Source: an uncultured virus (IMG/VR IMGVR_UViG_3300022555_000035)
Taxonomy: Duplodnaviria; Heunggongvirae; Uroviricota; Caudoviricetes
Virus record (IMG/VR): IMGVR_UViG_3300022555_000035
Reading direction: 5' to 3' (one strand)
Length of the DNA: 64,000 nucleotides
Shown: in pieces, positions 39,952 through 49,041 of the stretch
Layout of the letters: every line of letters starts with the position of its first letter
Position numbering within the stretch: the first letter of the stretch is position 1
The notes under the pieces: model-generated
What the model saw: only the letters and a program-made list of their open reading frames with translations
Database searches by the model: none
Told to the model about the DNA's origin: nothing
Position numbers and translations under genes: made by a program

Positions 39952-39966
39952 GAAGAGAGTTAGGCT

Positions 39967-40299
39967 TTATTTACTGGTGTTCTTTTTAGTGATGAAGTTC
40001 TTGATCTGCGTAGCAAGACCTTTGTGCATCTTATCACCAGCTTCCAGGTCGCGAATCAAAGCATCCGCAGTGTAGATCAAGCCGGCAGCCGCTTTGTTGA
40101 TGCGGAGTTCTTCCTTGGCTTTGAACCAGGACAACGCGGGCTCGGTATCGATCATAGGCTGAAGACCAGAACCGTTAGCTTTCATGACATGAGAGACATA
40201 CTCCTTAGGAAAGGAACCATTTTCGAGCATAGGATAGATCTGTTGAGGGTACTTACCTACGAGACGAGCGAACTGGATTACCGTAGATAGGTTCGACAT
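39967..40299 (-). CDS. Xis/AlpA-like HTH protein
   Basis: VIQFARLVGKYPQQIYPMLENGSFP..PMID...ALSWF; LEAGDKMHKGLA. Confidence 0.65.
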   Translation of the reverse strand: MSNLSTVIQFARLVGKYPQQIYPMLENGSFPKEYVSHVMKANGSGLQPMIDTEPALSWFKAKEELRINKAAAGLIYTADALIRDLEAGDKMHKGLATQIKNFITKKNTSK

Positions 40300-40356
40300 A
40301 ATGCACCTCCGAAATAGCAGCCTCTCACCTGCTTATGTCCTCGCTGTTATGGAATA

Positions 40357-40692
40357 CTATTTGCCTACGCGATTGATCAAACGATGAAAGCCCATCCGAC
40401 GATAAGCCTTATCGCATTCCATGTACGTGTAGCCGACGCCTTGGAACTTGACAACAACAACATCCATCAGCTCGTCGCTGTCATAGGTTTCGAAGATCGC
40501 ATCCATGGCAGCCTTCAGGACATAGGTATCCTTCTGAAGTTTCGACCATTTGCCGTCGTAACGGGAATAGTACGCGCGATCGAATTCCTTCTTGTTGATG
40601 CCCTGGAAAACGATCTCCATGTCGTCGAAGTCGCTCGCTCCGTCGAGAACTGCGTTCAACGCGGCCAGGATAATTTTCTGTGTCTTAAACAT
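40357..40692 (-). CDS. Hypothetical early protein
   Basis: Flanked by repeat elements; GGAGGTG RBS. Confidence 0.65.
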   Translation of the reverse strand: MFKTQKIILAALNAVLDGASDFDDMEIVFQGINKKEFDRAYYSRYDGKWSKLQKDTYVLKAAMDAIFETYDSDELMDVVVVKFQGVGYTYMECDKAYRRMGFHRLINRVGK

Positions 40693-40756
40693 AGAACACC
40701 TCCGATATGAGAGCCTCTCACCCCTCTATGTCCTCGCTGTAATGGAATACTACTAT

Positions 40757-41221
40757 TTACTTAGGAAAGTAATCCCAGCACAACTTGGCAGCCACCTCCT
40801 CTAATTCTTTCATCTTTCTGGCACGCTCCTGGATATCGCGGTCATCGGTCGGAACGATTTTAGGCTCTTTCCCAGGACACAGCTCGAGAATGTAGAACTG
40901 GTCTACACGCCCTTCCCAGTACATCTTTTTGACTCTACCACAGTACACGCTGGAGTTCTGTGTCTTTCCTTCGCAAAGACCGGTCCAACCGGCTTTGCAG
41001 ATCAAAGAGACTTTGTAACGGTATGACTCCTTGCCATCATCACTGGTATACCGGATTAGAGAATCTGTTAGCTCGATATAGGCATGACGACGCATTATGC
41101 CTTCTGCATCAGGAAGAGACACCCAATTCTTCCAACCATCATTCTGGATGCCTTTCTTTTGAGTCTTGACGGGTACACTGAGACCTGTGCCAGAATTGAA
41201 TTGATTGATCTTTTTCTCCAT
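40757..41221 (-). CDS. Hypothetical early protein
   Basis: Flanked by repeat elements; AAGGAGG RBS. Confidence 0.65.
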   Translation of the reverse strand: MEKKINQFNSGTGLSVPVKTQKKGIQNDGWKNWVSLPDAEGIMRRHAYIELTDSLIRYTSDDGKESYRYKVSLICKAGWTGLCEGKTQNSSVYCGRVKKMYWEGRVDQFYILELCPGKEPKIVPTDDRDIQERARKMKELEEVAAKLCWDYFPK

Positions 41222-41321
41222 GGTGAAATAATACCTCCTTAAGGTATGTTTGTAAGCCTCTCACCTTACGAGTCCTCACTGTATGACCCGAAAATACGCG
41301 ATAAAGAACTACCAGAAGCGA

Positions 41322-41801
41322 TTAATCATTGAGATATACAGCGTTTAAAGCGCTATATGCGCGTCTTACATCCTCCACTGTATTTTTGTTGTAATGATTC
41401 GCGATCGCGTCGTCGGACATGCCTTCCGACCTTTCAAGAAGAGCTTCCAGAGCACCAAGCGCGACAACCAAATCATCCATAGCGATCATCATCTGTATCT
41501 CTCTAGGAGCTTTTCCGCAGAACATTTTGTACAGTTCGCGAGTTCTGAAACTGATATAGATACTGGTACAGCGCTTCCAGGATTCTGGAAACTGCTCTAC
41601 GAGTATTCTCATGTTAGTCACCAGGTTCTGTGGATACACGTAGAAACGGTTGCGCAACGGATTACACCACATAACCACATAGCCATCCTTGTCGATACTA
41701 TCGATATAGAACGTATGATTCTCGAGGTTGACGCCAGTGCAGATAGCGACGCCTTCAGTAGACCAGGACAGGATAGCTTTGTTGATGTTGTTGTTAGACA
41801 T
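41322..41801 (-). CDS. Hypothetical early protein
   Basis: Flanked by repeat elements. Confidence 0.65.
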   Translation of the reverse strand: MSNNNINKAILSWSTEGVAICTGVNLENHTFYIDSIDKDGYVVMWCNPLRNRFYVYPQNLVTNMRILVEQFPESWKRCTSIYISFRTRELYKMFCGKAPREIQMMIAMDDLVVALGALEALLERSEGMSDDAIANHYNKNTVEDVRRAYSALNAVYLND

Positions 41802-41863
41802 GAATAAACACCCCTAATTTTTACACGGCCTCTCACCCGTTGAGTCCTCTCTGTTATGGAATA

Positions 41864-42310
41864 CTATTGATGCTTACGGCAATTCGGATTTTTATTAACA
41901 TATTGCTTACAGCCGTAGCAATCAGCACAATCGGAGCAGGTGTCGCATGCGCAGCTGTGGCAAGGGTTCGCCGGATACAGTCTGCCGCACATCTTGTTGA
42001 TGATCAGCAAACCAGAGGCGAAATTGGCTTTGATGTCATCGGGCTGGTCGTGAGAATCAGCGATAACATCAGCATAGTCATTGTTTACGAGATCGAGACA
42101 ATGTCCCAGCTGCAACTGGAGCGCTTTGTTCGACTGGTGATACTGCTGGACGTCGTAGAGTACGGAGCTGATGGTCTCGAACATCATCCAGCAACCTTCG
42201 CCGTCTTGGTGTTCGGCTTCAGCGATGTACTCTTCGCCAAGGATAGGGAACGCGATGCGGATGGACTCTTTGCATTCGTTGATCCAGGATTTGTTCGTGA
42301 AATTAATCAT
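41864..42310 (-). CDS. Hypothetical early protein with Cys-rich C-terminus
   Basis: CHSCACDTCSDCADCYGC; GAGGTG RBS. Confidence 0.65.
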   Translation of the reverse strand: MINFTNKSWINECKESIRIAFPILGEEYIAEAEHQDGEGCWMMFETISSVLYDVQQYHQSNKALQLQLGHCLDLVNNDYADVIADSHDQPDDIKANFASGLLIINKMCGRLYPANPCHSCACDTCSDCADCYGCKQYVNKNPNCRKHQ

Positions 42311-42384
42311 GGTGACACCTCTACTATTTTTGCAGCCTCTCACCTGCGTAGTCTTCTCTGTAATGACCTAGATCGCGAGGGATG

Positions 42385-42789
42385 TTACTTCGTCTCAGTG
42401 GCAGGCGCGTTTTTGGCGGTCCAGTACTTGCGAAGAGCTTTGCCCAATTTCTTGTCGTCCGCTTCGACCATCGCTATGAACGCTTCTGCAATCATCGCAG
42501 GATTAGCTTCGACTCTCTGAACGGCCTTCTTGTCTTTGACCTGTTCACGAGCGGCAAAGAACGCTTTGGCTTCGGTGACTTTGATGTACTGCTGCTCTTC
42601 GCCGTTCTTGTCACGGCGAATGACGATGAGCTCCTTGGGAACGGAACCGTTCTTGACCATGGAGTACATGTGAGGACCTTGGATCCCTAACACCTTGGTA
42701 CCGAAGTGGTAAATAGACATTTCATCGTAGCTCTTCACCATTCCATGCTCTGTCACCGTCCGCAGATAGCCTTCATAGTCTTTTAACAT
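42385..42789 (-). CDS. Xis/AlpA-like HTH protein
   Basis: SIYHFGTKVLGIQGPHMYSMVKNGSVPKE; VEADDKKLGKAL; AGGAGG RBS. Confidence 0.6.
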   Translation of the reverse strand: MLKDYEGYLRTVTEHGMVKSYDEMSIYHFGTKVLGIQGPHMYSMVKNGSVPKELIVIRRDKNGEEQQYIKVTEAKAFFAAREQVKDKKAVQRVEANPAMIAEAFIAMVEADDKKLGKALRKYWTAKNAPATETK

Positions 42790-42907
42790 GTTGACTCCTC
42801 CTACTATTTGATTTTTACTAACGTAGTCTTTCCATCCTTGTCGGTTACTTTGACGTAGCCCTGAGTGCCTCTCACCACTCTAGTCCTCGCTGTTCGGGAA
42901 CTGTGGG

Positions 42908-43321
42908 TTAGACTAGTCGACAATCCACCTCCAAGCCATCTTCGTCCAACGCGTACCAGGTTACGTATTCACCCATCTCGGGATAGATGAGCGGGAGAAG
43001 TTCATTGACGATCGCTATTGCTTTAGCCTGAGTATCAACTTCCCACTGTACGTCTTTGATTCCAGTACCAGGAGAAAATCCTCCAGACACTTCGAATTCG
43101 TGATACTTTTTGGTATACTGATAGTACAACTCATCGCTATGAGTACCGAAATCCACTCCGTAGTTGATGATCTGAGACTTGATGTCGAAATCTTCGACGC
43201 AGATGTTGATGCGGTCCAGAGCACCCAGTACAAGAGCTTCAAGCTCTCCTTTGGTAATCCTGATGTTGTTGACATTGAAACTGATCGAGAAATTGTTGAC
43301 TTCTGTTACTTTCTTGGACAT
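42908..43321 (-). CDS. Hypothetical acidic early protein
   Basis: Flanked by repeat elements. Confidence 0.65.
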   Translation of the reverse strand: MSKKVTEVNNFSISFNVNNIRITKGELEALVLGALDRINICVEDFDIKSQIINYGVDFGTHSDELYYQYTKKYHEFEVSGGFSPGTGIKDVQWEVDTQAKAIAIVNELLPLIYPEMGEYVTWYALDEDGLEVDCRLV

Positions 43322-43437
43322 ACTACACCTCTACTATTTTTGCAGCCTCTCACCTGCGTAGTCTTCGCTGTAATGGCCATTGACCGGATAGATTAGATAG
43401 CAGCTACCATATCACCCTCCTTTCTGATAGGCTCGAC

Positions 43438-43466
43438 AAAAGGGACTAATTTCTTAGTCCCCTTTA
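43438..43466. terminator. Hairpin, probable terminator
   Basis: AAAGGGACTAA..TTAGTCCCCTTT. Confidence 0.6.
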
Positions 43467-43472
43467 GCTTGC

Positions 43473-43685
43473 CTACCGATGGGTGTTGTAGCGTACGTCT
43501 TCTACGCAGCTCAGGAGGAAGTCGTCCATGATGTCGGAGTAATTTCTCATCCAATAATCCTGATTGGCAGGATTATTGTTGGTCTGAGTACGAATCAGCG
43601 CTTTGATGATGTTACGACGACGATTTACGGGGAGTTGATTAGCTATGGCTCCGAGTTCGCGAATGATTGTTTCTACGGTTGACAT
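43473..43685 (-). CDS. Small hypothetical early protein
   Basis: GAGGTG RBS after repeat element. Confidence 0.6.
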   Translation of the reverse strand: MSTVETIIRELGAIANQLPVNRRRNIIKALIRTQTNNNPANQDYWMRNYSDIMDDFLLSCVEDVRYNTHR

Positions 43686-43745
43686 GTATAACACCTCAGA
43701 TAATTAAGGGCCTCTCACCCCTTGAGTCCTCACTGTTACGAACTA

Positions 43746-43955
43746 CTACCCGAGGAACTTGTTGGCAGCTTGCAGAACGAGCGGAGACATTTCGTTGGAA
43801 TGATAACGGACCCAGTAACGGACATTGTTGACATTACCGTTGGCAAAGGAGATCATGAGGTTGGAAAGGATACGAACGATACGCTCTTCGGCGAGACCAT
43901 TAGACTGCAGGTCACGAGCAACGATACTGAAATTACGGATGTCTTGAAACAACAT
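43746..43955 (-). CDS. Small hypothetical early protein
   Basis: GAGGTG RBS after repeat element. Confidence 0.6.
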   Translation of the reverse strand: MLFQDIRNFSIVARDLQSNGLAEERIVRILSNLMISFANGNVNNVRYWVRYHSNEMSPLVLQAANKFLG

Positions 43956-44049
43956 TATGAACACCTCGATTATTTTGAGGCCTCTCACCCTCATAGTCCT
44001 CACTGTTACGAACTACTATTCGTCTAAAGCGGCTCGCGAACGTTTATTT

Positions 44050-44333
44050 GCAGTTTAATGTCTTGCTTAGGACAAGGCACATGTTTCTTCGGTAACATGT
44101 GCTATCGCTACGATTGCGATCGGCTATACTTCGGAGATCCACCGAAGTGCCTCCTCGCGATCAGCAGCTCCACATTCGATGGCCGCATCGATAGCCATCT
44201 CAGTGTCCCTCTTTTCGAGGTCGTCTGTGGAGCCATAATTATACTCCATCAGATCTCGGATCATTTTGGAATAACCCATGATGTCACCTCCTTTTTTATC
44301 GGATTGACAGTTTAACGTCTTGTCTAGGACAAG
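44050..44333 (-). repeat. Two copies of a ~27-nt pseudoknot-like element (44050-44076, 44306-44333)
   Basis: CTTGTCCTAAGCAAGACATTAAACTGC and CTTGTCCTAGACAAGACGTTAAACTGTC. Confidence 0.7.
44124..44279 (-). CDS. 51-aa acidic protein (below ORF-track cutoff)
   Basis: AAGGAGGTG RBS; MGYSKMIRDLMEYNYG... Confidence 0.6.
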   Translation of the reverse strand: MGYSKMIRDLMEYNYGSTDDLEKRDTEMAIDAAIECGAADREEALRWISEV

Positions 44334-44342
44334 TAGTACAAA

Positions 44343-44471
44343 TCATACAAAGTTGATGCTTCCGAGAAGACAGACAACCAGAGCAATGATCGCCACGATG
44401 ATCTGCTCAACCCACCACTTGAAAGAGAACTGATACGCCGAGTTGGCTTTGACCTTTGACATTGTAGTCAT
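44343..44471 (-). CDS. 42-aa membrane peptide
   Basis: AAGGAGGTG RBS; C-terminal TM IIVAIIALVVCLLG. Confidence 0.55.
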   Translation of the reverse strand: MTTMSKVKANSAYQFSFKWWVEQIIVAIIALVVCLLGSINFV

Positions 44472-44612
44472 ATTATTTCACCTCCTTTTTCGCTTGGATA
44501 TGCTCTTCTGCTGGTTTTGATCCGTTCCTCATAACCATAATTTGTCTTTCCATAGTATCCCCTCCTATTATTCTGATAACTTGTTTATTATTATTCATAA
44601 CAATCACTCCTC

Positions 44613-45083
44613 TTATTTACGAACCGTATACATACGTAGATGTATGTTTTCTCGAACAGCATAGGAAGCATACGTATATTTAACTTTACCATTATATGTT
44701 GTAGCGAATTTTCTCGCATCGATTTCAATTTCTTGATTCCAATAACTATTAGCTTCCATATCTTCAAGCATGAAAGCCATACCAATATTTTCATATTGCC
44801 ATATATGCCAAAACTCATGTCGGATAGTTTCAAGTACTTCTTCGGTAGGACGTAATGCTCCTATTTTAACGATACCCGTTTGCATACTAAACGAACCAGT
44901 AGGAGGAGCTTCCAAATCTTCAAAGTAATCGAAGTCTGTTATTCCTATATACTCCATCACATCAAAGCGATAGAGATCTGCGTCGATATTATGTTCTTCA
45001 CAAAGAGCTCTGAAATACTTAGTATACTCTTCGCGGAGATGTTCCATAACAGTGGCAGATACTATGTTAGTCAACATAATCAT
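44613..45083 (-). CDS. HEXXH metallopeptidase-like protein
   Basis: IRHEFWHIWQY...Y....EIDARKFA. Confidence 0.7.
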   Translation of the reverse strand: MIMLTNIVSATVMEHLREEYTKYFRALCEEHNIDADLYRFDVMEYIGITDFDYFEDLEAPPTGSFSMQTGIVKIGALRPTEEVLETIRHEFWHIWQYENIGMAFMLEDMEANSYWNQEIEIDARKFATTYNGKVKYTYASYAVRENIHLRMYTVRK

Positions 45084-45252
45084 CAGCTCCTTTATTGTAT
45101 CCTATTTATCTTCATTATCCATATCTTCTAATAGCTTAGCTATTTCGAATTTTAATATGAACAAATCGATTGCGAGACTATCATAGTCTCTCTTGTCTTG
45201 TTGAAGTTCTTTTTCTAAATCGATCATGTTGTTCATCTCCTTCATCATTATC

Positions 45253-45648
45253 TTATTTAGCAAAATCATAATAATTTTCATGTACTATGAAGCTTTCGAT
45301 ATTATAATATTCAGCACCATAAGCTACATAATCATAATAATCATTACTAGCAACTACAACAATTTTATCTTCTTTAGTAATGTTATTTTTATTTAACAAT
45401 TCTTTAATAACTAAATTACCCCATATTAATTTATCATTATGATTTAATGAACCTAAATATAAATCATAATTATTCATTACAAATTCTAATTCAATTAAAC
45501 CAAATTTACCCGATATAACATATACTTTATCACATGTTTCAATTAATTTATTTACATTATTTTGAAAGAATGGACTAGAATAAAGTTCTGCAGCTGAATG
45601 AGCACCACTTAATTTTTCTTTTGAACAAGAAAGCAAACCAATAATCAT
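45253..45648 (-). CDS. DUF6884-like protein (very AT-rich gene)
   Basis: LSCSKEK...A.ELY.SPFF...ISGKFGLI.......YD..L pattern. Confidence 0.6.
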   Translation of the reverse strand: MIIGLLSCSKEKLSGAHSAAELYSSPFFQNNVNKLIETCDKVYVISGKFGLIELEFVMNNYDLYLGSLNHNDKLIWGNLVIKELLNKNNITKEDKIVVVASNDYYDYVAYGAEYYNIESFIVHENYYDFAK

Positions 45649-45749
45649 AATAACACTTCCTTACTAAAATTTAATAATTAAATTATTATTATTTACTATA
45701 TCCGGGTGGATATAATAATAATTTAATTACTATATATGGCGCGCACAGG

Positions 45750-45832
45750 ACAAACAAAATTTACAAAAAGAGCTCGCTATACAAACAAAATTTACAAAAA
45801 GAGCTCGCTATACAAACAAAAATTACAAAAAA
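45750..45832 (+). repeat. 31-bp tandem direct repeat (2 full copies plus 1 partial) upstream of the terminase genes
   Basis: ACAAACAAAATTTACAAAAAGAGCTCGCTAT at 45750 and 45781. Confidence 0.85.
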
Positions 45833-45912
45833 GTCAACACCTGTCCCCTCATCCCCTTTTAGCAAACACCCCCGGGGGCCCTGAATTGGTCACCCCCCTG
45901 ACCCAAAAAAAG

Positions 45913-45942
45913 TTGACACCCCTGCAAGATGTGTAGTATAAT
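45913..45942 (+). promoter_or_regulatory. Promoter of the packaging/structural operon
   Basis: TTGACA-18 bp-TATAAT, followed by AAGGAGG. Confidence 0.75.
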
Positions 45943-45967
45943 TAATACAATAAAGGAGGCGATTGAG

Positions 45968-46921
<954 letters not shown>

Positions 46922-47078
46922 CCTAAACCAGTTCATCCCAGCTGCATGGCCCTTGCTGGAGCCAAATAATCCATTTCTTCCAAACTGGCACATTGACTGT
47001 ATGTCAGAGTATCTCACGGCAGTTTCTCAGGGCGAAATCCGTCGTCTCATAATCAACATTCCGCCGAGGTACATGAAG

Positions 47079-47549
47079 CCTGTTTCTGTAGACTCCCACA
47101 TTCTTCTACAGTCAGGGGAACGAAAACGTCTAGGGGATATTCAGGTTGGAGACATGGTTATCACTCATACAGGGCGTGCACAAAGAGTCAGCGCTGTCCA
47201 TGGGCAGGGCCTTCTTCAATGCTTGGAAATTAGTTCTGCCGGCCGTTCTGCCGGCCGTTCTGCCGGCCGTTCTGCCGGCCGTAAAGTAATTACTGCTCCT
47301 GATCATCCGTTCTTAACTCCTCGTGGCTGGATCCAGGCACAGCACCTCACACTAAAAGATAAACTATTCCAAACAAAAGACGAGAACGAACACCAATCTC
47401 CTCCAGGCGCAGGCGCAGGCGCAGGCGTACGGCATTTTTTACTCACGGGTATACAAAATATTACCCCCTCTAAAGACATGCACGAATGTCGTTGTCTTAC
47501 TGTAGAGAATGACCATAGTTTTACTGCTAACGACTTAGTAGTAAAAAAC
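47079..47549 (+). mobile_element. Mini-intein (157 aa), Pro-initiated, class-3-like
   Basis: PVSVDSHILLQSG..LGDIQVGDMV, TAPDHPFLT..GW, CRCLTVE.DHSF.ANDLVVKN|S; no endonuclease. Confidence 0.85.
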
Positions 47550-49041
47550 AGTCTTAGTGTGAGTGTAATGTGGCCCGTCTGGACGTGGATTACAAATCCA
47601 CATCTCAGATGGCTTTTTGCATCCTATTCATCGGGTCTGAGCACAAAGCACTCCATTGACCGGAGACAGATAATTCAGCACCCTTGGTATAAAAGTCAAT
47701 GGGGTCATGTGTATCAATTGGCAGGAGACCAGAATATTAAAACGGAATACATGAACACTGCGCGGGGACACATGTTGGCGACATCCGTAGGAGGTACTGC
47801 CACTGGTAAGGGTGGCGATGTCATTGTAGTCGACGATCCACATAACCCTATGCAAGCGGAATCCACAGCCCTTAGAGAAGCAGCCGTTGAATTCTTTGAC
47901 AGAACGTTGACAACTCGACTGGACAATAAGAAGACTGGTGCCATCGTCGTTGTTATGCAACGGCTGCATGAGATGGACCTGACCGGCCACCTGTTGAAGC
48001 AAAACAATACTCTTCGCCCACCCCCACTGTACGAGAACATCGATGATTACGGTAACTTTATTGATCCGGCTGATTGGGAATCCTTACGAGATGAGCACAC
48101 AGCTGAACAAGAGGCAAACCCGTTAACAGAATTAGAAAAACAGTTACTCCAGCCTGTCCCAGGTGAACGGCCGACTTCGGAGCAACTAGCCAAAGAAGAA
48201 GCTCGCCTGGAAACTAACATCAAAGACAATCAGGGGCAAATTTGGACGCACCTTTGTCTCCCAGTTACCGCTAGGAAAGAAACACAGGTTCACTTTCCGG
48301 TTAGTAATACTTACTATCTGAGAAAGGAGGGCTCTTTGTTATGGCCGACTCGAGAAAACCGAAGCGACCTCCAAAACGTTAAGACGGCCCTCGGTACTTA
48401 TGGCTATTCTGGACAATATGAACAAGATCCTGCACCTGAAGGAGGAGGAATCCTTCAAACAGCCTGGTGGAGATACTATGCTATTATGCCATCAGTTAAA
48501 GATATAGACCAAGGCGTAATCTCTATCGACTGTGCCTTTAAAGACTTGGCCGATAGCGATTACGCCTGTTTACAGGCATGGTGGAAGATAAAAGCCAATA
48601 GATACCTCATAGACCAAATTAGAGGCAAATGGTCGTTTCCGACGCTTTTAGCTAACGTACGTGCATTTATCCGTAAACATGACGAGTGCAAAGCAAGACT
48701 TATTGAAGATAAAGCAAATGGCAGCGCAGTAATTCAAACCATACGAGATGAAGTTACTGGGATCATTCCAGTAGACCCAAGAGGTGGCAAAATCGCGAGA
48801 GCTCACGCCGTCTCTCCTCAGGTGGAGGCAGGAAATTTTCTGTTACCTGACCCACGCTTACAGCCATGGGTATCAGATTTCATTCTAGAATGTTCTAGAT
48901 TCCCCAAAGCCCAAAACGATGACCAGGTGGATTGCTTTACTCAAGCAGCAACATATATGGAAATCAAACAATTCAGTACCTGGATGGCGAAGATTAATTG
49001 GCTGTAGGTACCGTCCATAATTACAAAGGAGGTTATTTAAG

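Larger units (their letters stand above)
40316..44018 (-). repeat. Array of nine conserved intergenic hairpin elements
   Basis: Plus-strand core CCTCTCAC at 40321, 40714, 41257, 41829, 42336, 42868, 43346, 43711 and 43981, each with a different self-complementary stem and a GTC(C/T)TCNCTGT box. Confidence 0.92.

Noticed and set aside
41840..42520. Plus-strand ORFs in the early region (also 39018-39602)
   Set aside because: They oppose well-punctuated minus-strand genes with strong RBSs and run across the repeat elements.
40316..44018. Repeat array as CRISPR or integron attC array
   Set aside because: Spacers are 270-1,000 bp and hold whole genes, the repeats vary in their stems, no cas operon or integrase is present, and attC RYYYAAC/GTTRRRY ends are not evident.
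44050..44333. preQ1 riboswitch call for the pseudoknot-like pair
   Set aside because: Size is similar, but the class I consensus loop and long A-rich tail are not matched and the elements are far from the que genes; kept only as an unassigned motif.
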